DNA from: Dimorphilus gyrociliatus | Taxonomy: Eukaryota > Animalia > Annelida | Length of the DNA: 64,000 nucleotides | Reading direction: 5' to 3' | NCBI GenBank assembly: GCA_904063045.1 | Contig: CAJFCJ010000004.1 | Coordinates: 1,233,713 to 1,297,712 of the forward strand | Shown here: positions 1-11,600 of the stretch, one piece after another | Numbering within the stretch: the first letter of the stretch is position 1 | Layout: the number at the start of each line of letters is the position of its first letter | Notes under the pieces: generated by a model | The model's input: the letters and a program-made list of their open reading frames with translations, nothing else | Databases searched by the model: none | Told to the model about the DNA's origin: nothing | Position numbers and translations under genes: made by a program

Positions 1-1031
1 TTATATATTAACTTTTAATTGATTTTTATTAAGGTTACAAAATTTCGCATAATTTTTCAATATCATTTCTTTTTTTATCATTTTTATGTAAATGACTACT
101 ATTTTGTTTTTTTTTTTTCCATTTATTATTTTTTATACCAAACACCATCTCAAAACTTCATCATGATAGGCGTACGTGTAGGAATTTTGACATTATTTGT
201 CTACGTTTACATATAGGTTTTGTATACCTCATGATTGACTAATAATTCAAGTAATTAGGCTATTTTCTTATTAAAATTTATTCAATTTTTTAATAGAAAT
301 GCCCTTAGAATGTTATCTTACCTATTCCATGGCTTGAATTGATCGTCTTCTTTGTCGCTATTCTTTAAAAAACGATTTATGCTTTAATTATTATATTAAT
401 TACTAATTCAAATAATACATATTATTAAAAATATGCATCTAGCCTGGTAAACAAAATAAGTATATACTTTTATAAGGATGACGGTAGTCCTTTTTGCAAA
501 AGATAATGAAACATACATATATACATTGGCCATTATAAATAAATAGATGTTGTTCGAATTAGTATACAATATAAGCAGAGCATGTTGGGTAATATAAGAT
601 TAAAGAATTATCAATGGCTAAGAAATCTATTAACATTCACATAACGTTTTAGGAATTATAACGTAAACGTATGAGCATACATAACTCTTTGGTACCGATA
701 TTAATATGGTGATTTTAGAATACTTAATGGCTTCAATCGCTTCTGTTAAAGAAACAGTCGATATATTGTGACTTCGATAGAAAATTTTCATAGTCTAAGG
801 ATAATTAAAAAGCTGAATGTTTACTGAAACTTTCAAGACAATTCAGAAAATGTATGTATACATTTATAGTGATTCTATCGTTGTTAGACAGATCTAAATA
901 TAAATCTAAGATGTAAAAAAAATAAAAATACAAAAAGAGGTACAATTTAGAAATTCTAGAAAGTGACATTTAAAAAACAGCCTTGTCTTGAATTCAACAG
1001 TTTAATAAACAACTCCCACCGATGTGCTAGA

Positions 1032-1043
1032 ATATATATAAAC

Positions 1044-1080
<37 letters not shown>
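1032..1080. repeat. (TA)n microsatellite
   Basis: Direct reading. Similar tracts at about 20708-20762, 22755-22796, 40395-40422 and 56911-56950. Confidence 0.9.
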
Positions 1081-1837
1081 CAGTATAGTGCTATTCGTAA
1101 AAATCGTTAAGAAATCCTAATTATTCTGCATAAATTTGCTCCACGATTTCATCATAAATACAACGGGAACTCTACTGGTATAGTTTGGCTGTTTTCTTTG
1201 GATTTATTTTCATTTAATTCATTGTTACATGAACAACTAAAAGGTTTTTGAATGTTTATTTTACTGTATTATTTCAGTCTTGTATTGAAATGAAGTGTAT
1301 TATTTATTTAATGAGAGATTTTCCGTTTTATCTCCAAGTATCTAAAAGACTATGTTTTTAATATATATTGATAAAAAGACAGAGGATGCGAAAATTACAT
1401 ATATTTCATTTTTTTTCTATTAGATTACCCTTCACGTCAAAGGTAAATTTCACTTTTTGTACTTAAAAGTATAGTATTTAAGTGTATATTCTTTTACTTA
1501 TATAACAACGTGTGTCGGGACTTTTTTCATATGTGATGTAATTATCGAACAAGCAATATGTAGGTATTATTAGTATTACTTGACTTGTTATATATTTGAC
1601 GTGCTATATATAATAAAAAAATATGTATATATTTAGTTTATACTGTCAGTGATACCGTAAAGAAATAGTTAGAAAGAACTAAATATATATGTGTGCTCTA
1701 TAGATATAAAGAATTTGACGAGTACGTAACTGTATATACTCTTTTATTGTTGCTGGATAATGCTTATAAAAATATATTTTGTCATTTCGAAAACAGAGTC
1801 AATTTACAAAAGATAACTTACACGATATAATAAAAAG

Positions 1838-3928
1838 ATGGGGGATTCTTGGTTAGCTAATTCTACGAATTCTTCCAACTCTAATAATGATACTCAACAT
1901 ATGTCGTTTGCTGTAAAATGCACTGCAGATATTATTGGAAGTTTAGCAATTTTTGCTAATTTATCTTTTTTATTGGCTTTAAATTATTTAAAAGACAAAA
2001 CATCAGCTTTTTATAGATTTTTAAGAAATCTAAGTTTTACTGATCTCATGTCGTCATTAACTTTTGTTATAATTCAAAATTGGAAAGGAGTAAAGTCTGA
2101 GTACTTTATTCTTAGGTATCTTTTGAATTATACTTTTAGATCTATTCCTTGGATGTTTCTCACTTGCTATTTCTTAACTCTATTTTGTCTAACTTTAAAT
2201 CAATATATGGCTGTATGTAAACCGTTGAAATACAACCAAAACTTAGGAGGCAATTGTGTCGAAATTGGAATGATTATTGTTTGGCTCTTTTCATCTCTAC
2301 AAATTGTAATACCGCTAATCTTCATCTCGATAATCTATTTTGAGAAATCCAAGGAAATAAACAAAGATACCTTATTTCATATAAACAAAATCGAAGTACA
2401 AATATGGTTGGGTATTTTTGCTGTTTTTGCTGTTTTAATAATAGCGCTAAATGCTAGCATATTCTCAAAGATCAAGCAGCTTAAAGCATCATTAAAGTGG
2501 AATATTTTTTTAATTTAAAAATATGTAAAAAAAAAGATGGAAACTCAATGGATATACTTTGTAGGACTTATTTAATAATTTTAACAGTTTTTAATATTTT
2601 AATTGTTAAATTCTTGATTTATCATTCTTATAATGATCTTTTCTTTATTATTATCCTCTCAGAGCTTTTTATGACTAGTAATACAATACTAATTAAAATT
2701 AATTTCTCATGAACTGAAATGAAGAGATCTGCCTCCCACACAATTAGAACAAAAGGAGTACACGTTTTATAAATCATGAAAAAGTGAGGAATTATAACCT
2801 TAACTAATTCATATTTAATATATTCGTTAAAATATTTAATATAAAACAATAGTTAATATAAAAATTAATTCAGAGTAATGGACTTTATGTAGTATATAAA
2901 ATTCAAGTACTATCTTATATCTTAAATTAACTAATATTAATTAATATTAATTAATTTTTTGCATATTTGTAATTAATATTCATGGTATTCACTGCAGGTT
3001 GTTAATTACTTTACGTATAGCCTCGAGGTGTTTTTCATTGCATTAAATAGAAACGGCTGACAATAAAGCATATTAATTTTTATTAAAGTTCATCGCCAAT
3101 TTTTAATGATCTATTTCTAAAATATCAACTTGAATATTAAACGTTTATTGCATTTTTTTAAAGCTAAAGTTCGTAAGCAAGAAAGAAAGACAGACATAGG
3201 CATAAATAAAATTAATTAAATTTTTGTCTATCTAAACTTTAAGTTAATTTTAGATATGCTTGAATGCTATTCAAAAAATAACTAGTAAGCTATTATATTA
3301 TATACTAATATTAAAATCATTTAGTTGACAATAGAGGTTATACTGTATATCTTTTCAAAGAAACTAAAAGGAAACTAAAATAGACTAACTGGAAGAAATA
3401 ATGTTTAACAAGAGATTCTTTTATCTTTTATATTTAATGATGCTTTATGTAAGAAGGTTTACGACTAGACCTGAAGAGAGCCATAACATAAGGACTAAAG
3501 AGGAAGCGTCAATAACAGTGGTTCTTCTATTATTAACTTCTCTACTTTGTCGACTACCCTTTCCAATTACAGCTATAGCTGGATTGAATTTTTATGAACG
3601 TCCTACACTTTATATGATTATGAATAGCACCACTACTCTGTTGTTGTACATAAATTTTACTATAGATCCTGTAATCTACGTGCTAAGAATGAGGGAAATA
3701 AGAATGGTTATCTGTAGTTTAGTTGCAAAATGTTTTAAGTGTCAATTTTCGGGCATTGAAAATGAGAACAAAATGACAAGAGGAAAGAAAAGAAGTGGAT
3801 ATTTTTCTGTTACACAAAGTATTTCAACATGGAAAAATAAAGGAACAAGGGATCCAGAGACTCTTTATCAGGAAAATAGAAACGATGATAATGGATTAAG
3901 AACCGAAAACACAGAAACTCACTTATGA
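1838..3928 (+). CDS. Orphan class A (rhodopsin-like) GPCR, 2 coding exons (1838-2496, 3454-3928), about 377 aa
   Basis: Exon 1 has N-glycosylation sequons (NST, NSS, NDT) and TM1-5, including LNQYMAVCKPLKY at the DRY position. Exon 2 has TM6 (LLCRLPFP) and TM7 (NFTIDPVIYVLR). The phase-2 donor AA|GT at 2497 matches a phase-2 tandem acceptor (TAAG|AAG|, exon start 3454 or 3457). The donor (GTGGAA) is weak. Confidence 0.85.
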
Positions 3929-6073
3929 GTATAAAAGACATATTTTCTCTGCGTTCACAATTCAATTCAATATTATTTTAAAGAATGTTTCAAGAGCACA
4001 TTCATTCGGCGACATAGGATTTAGGTATTGTATAAATATATACATCAAAATTTATACACTACATATTTTATGTATTTTATTAATATTATAATGAGGTATT
4101 CTCTTGTTCTTCTAGTTTTTACTATTTAACTCTAAATATTCTAATAATTAATTATTCTATATACTCCATATAGACATACTATGTAAATATAACAAACACA
4201 AAAACATATCATCCAGTTGATACACCATTTTACGAATTGAAGGAATATTTTGTTTTCCAGTTAACTTATGTTACCTGTTTTTATTAACTTACAAAGCATG
4301 AATCTACTTAAAAAATCTTTAAATTTATATGAATTTTTTCGACGAACAAGTCTAAGGTTTTTTTAATAATTATGAATAAATAGTTTCTTTGTCTTTTTAA
4401 AAAAAAAGATTTTTGTTGTTTATATATTTGTTTTTTTTTTCCATGTTTCTGTTAAATTTTTCATTTATAAGAAACGGTTACAAATACTCATAAAAATATC
4501 AAACTGATATATTGCATATAAGTTAAGATTGCATAATCCATATTTATTAATAAAGATTACTTGTTATCTTGACAAGTGATTATTCGTTGACCGTGACTGT
4601 CATCTTAATTACGTAATAAATTGTTAAATATCCTAGTTTGTCAAGGAAATATTTTAATAAATCAAAAATTTTAATAATAACAGCTTATGATATTGATATA
4701 CAACATTAATTTAGGTATAGAAATCATTAATATACATAAAAAGAACTAATCATTCTCTATAAGAAATGGAATGAAAAAAACCAATGATAAATGAAAATTT
4801 GGCTGCTTTTGACTATCTTTTTAAGATGCCCTTAGAAAATAGTTTCTTTGTTCTGCTTAAACGAATACTTAGGGCTTTTCTCCATTTCATAATTAGCATA
4901 TTCAATTAGAGAATTACATTTTGTTTTTCCGAATATCGCAACTATAATTATAAATTAACTTAAGAACTTGGTCTATTTATAGTACATCATATTTATTCAA
5001 TATTTATAGTGAATGTTTCTATTTTCACTTTAAAATAACAACAGTATGTAATACATTCTTCATTAGAGATCTAAACACAAGAGATTTTTAACTGATTTGG
5101 GTTTTAGTCATGATCGCACGTGACTTTCTTCTCTTTATTCATCTTATTAAAAATTTAATGTTCGAATCATCTCGTCTATACTTATACCTTATTATCTCGA
5201 ACTGAAAGAGTTATATCTAAAATAGAACAACAAAAAGGCTTCTATTTTTCTCATTATATCCATTTTTCTACACTATATTAATAATCTTTTAATTTACATT
5301 GGATTCTATCTAGTTGTTTATATCGACTATAAGAATTGATATTTCAATGGAAGAATTAGAAAACTTTAGAGCTATTCTCTGTTTTCACAAAACTTTTAGC
5401 CATTTAAATTGGATGGAAGAAAATACATGAAGGAAATATTATTTATTAGGCTAATTAGCAAAGATATCTTTTTTTGCTTTGACAATTCCTAAGACGATAC
5501 TAATTGTACGCTGGAGTATAACAAATTGACTTTTATTTACGTTTTTCTAATATACTGTAGATAACATATTTAACCAATAAGAGAAATTAATGAGAAATAT
5601 TAAACCTTGGTCTCTTTTTAGAAGAAAAGTATAAATCTTCCATAAATTTTAATTAAGTGATGTCTAAATAATTTGCGCAAATTTAGAAGGTCAACTTATC
5701 TATTATTTTCCTTTGTTTCGCTATAATTAGTTTCTTTGATATTAAAACTTGTAGAAACTCTCTTATTATTTTATATTTAAAAACAATGATTTTTTAATTA
5801 TAAATCAAATAAATACAATTTTCTCTATTAGCTTCTTCTTTTAGATATTACAATAACTTGAAAAATAATCACTCAATAGTATATTTCTTTGTTCTTTGCT
5901 ATAGCAACTTCCAAGTTAACAAAGACCTCTATAAACAATTAGATTATTGTATGCTACTATTAACTGAATAGGTTATTTTATTGGTTTTTCAGCTATATGA
6001 AAGAGGCTTAGGCAATAAAAGGGCACTATATTCAATTTAAAACTACAAAAATCTTGTTTTTCTTTTGGTATTC

Positions 6074-7942
6074 ATGGAAAAATTGAGAAGACGGCACTTT
6101 CCGGATAGTGAGGTGGAGAGTGGATTTCCAGAGGATGTTCAAGATTTTATTAACCAGGCCTATATCCATAATGAAACTTCGTATCCGCAAGAAAGTCATC
6201 CATACGTTCGAAAAAGTGATTACGAAAGGGAAAGTAGGAGTGACGATAACATATCTATTGATTATACGTACGAAACCTCGCCTTATACCAGCTGTATTCA
6301 TTATACATCATACGATGATATTGACGATGATATTGTTGTTGACGAGCAATTTTCGGAAAGACATTCATTTTTAAGTGCACCAATTGATCATACAAGAGAA
6401 TTATCACCCGAAATAAGAAACAAATACAGGCAATATGAAGAGTTAAAAATTGAACTACCACCTAAAGTTTTAGCTAGACATAAACCAAATACTAAAGAAG
6501 GATGGGAAATTCCTCAGAGGAGATTAGAACGACTACGAGCGGAAAAATATGAAACGAACTTTAGAAAAAGTTTAAGAAGGGCAATTTATGGAGCCATAAC
6601 TACTAGATTAACTTTACGCACGTCTCAAATATTAAAGAACAAAGAAAATAGGAAGCAAGCACGAAACGGTATTAAAATTATTAACGCAATAACGGAAATA
6701 CCACTAAATGATTTAATGCAAAAAAGCTACACAGTATTTACAATAGTAGTAATTCTTATTAATTTTTGTGTAACTATATATGATCTAGTCAAAGATCCGA
6801 ACCCTTTAAGGTATAAAGCAGCGAATATTTTTTTCGCTTCATTGGACATCATAGTATTTGTTACTTTTCAAGTAATTTCAAGATTTTTCTCATCAAATAA
6901 AAACTGGCAAAAATATTCGCAATATGTCGAGAATATTTTAACTGAAATCCTCCTTTATATTTTGACAATATTTCTACTGTTTGGATTCATAACTGAGAAA
7001 ATGTATGAATTCTCCAGTGAAGATAAATTTAACAATTTTCAAATTGTTCTTAACATATTAGACTTTCTTAATTTACTCATCACCTACTTTCTTAGAATGT
7101 TTATTATTTACAAATTTCTAACTGGACTTATGGACGCTTTTAAAGATGATAGATGGAAATTTGCTAACTATATACTATTAAGATTTTACTTAAATGTTAT
7201 TTTTAATACATTACTCTTAATTTTTCTCTTTGCTTTCTTAGGAGGTCAAGTTGATCTTGACAATCCTTCAGAAGATGATTTGCAATACTATGGCTCATTA
7301 AAATCTGGTTTGATAATAACTACTGTAGTCTTTCTTCCTCTAGGCTCAATTATAGTATTCACTGCTGTTAATAGTTACTGGGTGTTAACTGTTTTAATTC
7401 ACTTGAATCAGCAAACAGCAGAAGATGCGTCATTTAGAGAAAACTTGGATAAAAAACTCAAAGATTATGGGGATGTCGTTAATGATGCTTTAAAGTTTAG
7501 CATGGAAAATGCCACTAAAACTCGAGAGAAATCAGAGGAGTTTGCCAAAGTTGGTATATTTCATAAAATTTTCTATTCTTTCAATGATGTAAGAATTATG
7601 GGCCTAGTTCTAATATGGGAAGTATTTGCATTATTACCTGTTATCGTCTACGCAATTGACAAAAGCGATGAGAGAACAAAGATCTTTTTTTATATATACA
7701 TATTTTTAATACTACTTGCTAATTATCATTTAATGATGGTTGCTTTGATAACTGATATTTTAATACTGGGTACAATATTATCGTTTATAATTTATCCCAT
7801 TGGAACGCTTATTTGTTTTAAGTTAAGATTTCGTAGTTATGGAATGACTGTTGACTCAAACGATGAACAATCAACACTAATTCATGAATTGAGAAATAAC
7901 GAAGATCTCGTTGCTATAAGAATGAGGAAAAGAATTGATTAA
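6074..7942 (+). CDS. Intronless multi-pass membrane protein of unrecognised family, about 622 aa, 8-9 predicted TM helices
   Basis: 1.87 kb open frame in very AT-rich DNA, first ATG at 6074. Acidic Ser/Tyr-rich N-terminus, a basic segment, then repeated hydrophobic stretches (e.g. YTVFTIVVILINFCVTIY, ILTEILLYILTIFLLFGF, IMGLVLIWEVFALLPVIVYAI). Confidence 0.85.
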   Translation: MEKLRRRHFPDSEVESGFPEDVQDFINQAYIHNETSYPQESHPYVRKSDYERESRSDDNISIDYTYETSPYTSCIHYTSYDDIDDDIVVDEQFSERHSFLSAPIDHTRELSPEIRNKYRQYEELKIELPPKVLARHKPNTKEGWEIPQRRLERLRAEKYETNFRKSLRRAIYGAITTRLTLRTSQILKNKENRKQARNGIKIINAITEIPLNDLMQKSYTVFTIVVILINFCVTIYDLVKDPNPLRYKAANIFFASLDIIVFVTFQVISRFFSSNKNWQKYSQYVENILTEILLYILTIFLLFGFITEKMYEFSSEDKFNNFQIVLNILDFLNLLITYFLRMFIIYKFLTGLMDAFKDDRWKFANYILLRFYLNVIFNTLLLIFLFAFLGGQVDLDNPSEDDLQYYGSLKSGLIITTVVFLPLGSIIVFTAVNSYWVLTVLIHLNQQTAEDASFRENLDKKLKDYGDVVNDALKFSMENATKTREKSEEFAKVGIFHKIFYSFNDVRIMGLVLIWEVFALLPVIVYAIDKSDERTKIFFYIYIFLILLANYHLMMVALITDILILGTILSFIIYPIGTLICFKLRFRSYGMTVDSNDEQSTLIHELRNNEDLVAIRMRKRID

Positions 7943-8635
7943 TGTCATTTTATATCTATTTATACTGAATTGTAGTTATATAAAGTAAAACACATTGATA
8001 TACTAATATATATACATATAAATTATAACATATGAATATTTTGATTGAAATCTGCCTGGAAGCTTTGTTTAGAGTAGACAAGAAAACCATTGAAATACAA
8101 TATTGTTTACACAGATTTTATTGAGCTGTTCAATGTCTCACAATATAAAATACGTTATTTATAAACAATATTCTTTATTTTCGTAAAGAGTATATTTTAG
8201 ATATCCTCTAAACCACTTTAATAATATGTTTGGTAATGATTACATAATCTATACGACATATTTATTCTTTTACCTGGATCTTTCCCATCAATAATATTAC
8301 TTAAAAAAATAATTCTATATATATATACAGTATATACATATATATATATATACACATATATGATTTATGCAGCTATGTCTTTCTAACACGTAATAGAGAA
8401 GGTTGCAATTAATATCCTTTTTCCTTGTAAAGTCTATATCCTTTAGAAATTCTAAATGATCTCTATCTTGCAGTTAATATTAAATGAAAAATAATACTCT
8501 TCTAAATGTGAGTGTCTTTTAATATATTTTGAAAAATTATATACTTAGAAATAAAATTTGAGAATACTGCATAAATATAAATCAATTAGCGGAATGTGTC
8601 ATTAGTTTAAATTCTCATTTCTTAGTGATAATATC

Positions 8636-11600
8636 TTAAAGTAAAACACAAACTGTGCTTTTACTGCCTGAAGGAGTTTTATTGTTGGCTTGGTTCCTTA
8701 GAGCTTCTGCCATATGATTGGCTGATTCTAAGACAGCTCTTGCTGCATTATCTACTTGACCACTTTGAGCCGCCGTTACTGCTTCAGCTGCCATTTTGGC
8801 GGCTTTTACCTAATTTGAAAAATTGAAGAAATGCTATATATATTTATCGAACTTATAATAAATTAAAAGTCTTCACTTTCTTTTTTTGATTATTCCTTAT
8901 CAAAAAGAGCAAACCTCTTTGATTTTAGTTCTCACCTGGCTTGCTGTAATGACAGTTGCCCCGAAAGAATCCCCTTCGTGCACACTTTGAAGATAATCTG
9001 CCACTGCGTTAGCCATAGCACTGGCCACTAATGTGTTAGCAACTTGATCGTTTGAGATACTTGTAGAAGTTTCGCTTTTTTCTTCAACTTTGACCTCTTT
9101 CTTTGAATTTTCTTCAAGTAGACAATTAGTTTTACCAACGGCTAGTTCTTTAGCATACTTTTTAGCTGATGATGGTAATTCTTCTGTGTTAGAGTTGTCG
9201 TCCTGTAGTTTCCACTTGACATCTTTTGATACCTAGTCATATATTAATAAACGGTCATACATAGTTATTTCACTTAGAGACTTAGTAACACTTTAAAGAG
9301 TAACATACTTTTCCCTGACCAACTGTACCATTAACTAATTTTTCTTCACTCTCTTCTAACTCTTTTGTTGGCTTAGATGAAACCGACGTCTTAGGCGATA
9401 AAGTTATAGGTGTTTTTTCTCTAAATGCTTGCCAGGTTGGTAAAATAAATCCGCGTTTTGAGCAAACAGAGTTTACATAGTTCAACCAATCTGAATTTTC
9501 CCCTACAGGAAAGGGAAGAAGTATTACAGCTTCGATGTGAATATCATTTCTCCCGTCAGTTTCCACGCAAACGGAATCTCCTATCCATCTAGCAACAAGG
9601 CACTCGGCAACATCAATCGGATGGGAAGCTCCAATACCATGGGTTAATCTTGACCCAGCGGGAATGATTTTCCTTTTCACAGCTTCGCCAACGCACCATG
9701 AATGAATAAAGTGTTCTAGAGCCATGATAAATGGAGTAATTTGTATCCAAACATACTCCATGGCTGATGTAACACCGACCCCATCAGCGTTAACTCTGCA
9801 GGCGATTTCAAGAACTGAATTTTCCATTTCAAAACATATCCAAGCATCTTCTATATGTAACAATGTACCATCTTTCCAATGGTATATGTATGATGGCGTT
9901 ATGACCTCTGAAATTAGAGAAACAGCAGCCGACTTTAAATGATGAATAAAGATATTTGCAACTTGATATCTTAAGGAAATTTGAACATCCTCTTTAAAAG
10001 GCTTGTTAGTCCAATTTAGATTCTGAATGAAAAAATATAAAACACAATATGTAACCTTTTTCCCCTATAAGGTAAATTAAATATTTTATACTACAATCCT
10101 AAAGGAACTTACCGGTTTTAAATCCGCTTCAGACTTTGATATAAATACGTTATATATGTCATAAGGATTTAAATTTGGATAATTAGGAAGAATTAGTGAA
10201 TCTTTATCCGATATAGTTTTGGAAGACTTCATTATAATACCCATTTCCAGGAGAAGATTTATCATTTTTTGTATTTGACTCTCTTCTATTGTAAGATTTT
10301 GCCATAATATCGGAAATAAACTAGATCGTATTGTTCCCTTTGTTGCACTTTCTTCTAGAATTGTTGCAATTACTCTTGGTTCTGGCTTTGCAGAATTCTC
10401 AGGCCAAAATCTCTTTGCATGAATTTCAAATTGCTTACGATTGTCTTCCAAATGTAATTTACAAATGCAATTTGCAAACTCTACAATATCCAGGCAAACT
10501 TTTCTAATATCTCTTAACTGTTCAGTTAATCTCTCAAGGACATTGGGAAGTTTAGGACTAAACCATATTTTCCCCTGTTTGTTAATTAACAGATCATTAG
10601 TAATGTATATTAAAATGTGAAACTGCTTCAAATCCATTTACATTGTTTAACTATATTAAACATTTGTTAGATTTAAAGTCCCAGTTTATAAAACAAACAA
10701 AGAAAGGTTAAAGATACTATATTATCTCTTTTTAGATATATTTTACACGGTAGAGGTATAAAGACCTAATTATACATGCATTTTTAAAAATTCATAGAGA
10801 ATAATCTTTGAAGAGTAATACATGAAAGAATAATCAAAAGAAATCGTAAAATACCCTACAGATGGAGCTGTGACAAAATTAGGTACGGAACTTTTATGTT
10901 TTCTCTTTCAACTCCTTTCTTCTTTTATTTTTACTTAATTAGTTAAGATATTTCAATAAGATAGAAAGAAAAAAATCAAAGGAGTAGCTACTCACAGAAT
11001 TTTGTAAGGTTGTAGCAATGTCATCCAACTCTTTTTCATTAATTCCAAAACATTTTGCAGAATTGCTGTTAAAAATATAATTTTAATTTTTTTTTAAAAA
11101 TTAATTAGCTTTGTTCAAAATTTATCTAACCAGAATTCCACCCAATCAATTATTAATTCATTATCATTATCTCTCCTCTGCAGCAACCTCTCTAAAAGTC
11201 CATAATGCTTTATATCAAAAACGCTGTCAGATTTATATGAATTCTTGCAAAAATCCGTCAAATAATCCCGCAGCTTATCTATATCTTCACAATTTTGAAT
11301 CACAAAGACAGGTTTATGAATTCTCGGTCTATAGACCAATTTCGCCTGTAACTTGGATATCTCGTTACGAATCAAAGAGTTATCTTCACTGTCAACTTTC
11401 CTAAGGAAATTGTTAATTAAAAAAGTAATGTGTATACAGAGGAAAGAAGGAAGTAACAGCTTAAAGTTTACCTCAAATTTTCGATTTCTTTCTGTATCAA
11501 GTTGTCTCTTTTATCAAGAGTGTGCACTGTATAATGTAGTATGTCATTACAAACCATTTGTATATCGTTCGTGTTTTCAATGTTTGTCAATACTGTAATT

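Noticed and set aside
6032-6461. Overlapping short ORFs (6032-6301 -, 6108-6374 +, 6255-6461 -)
   Set aside because: Shadow frames of the 6074-7942 CDS with no independent motifs. The same applies to ORFs overlapping the ROCO, NHL and receptor exons.
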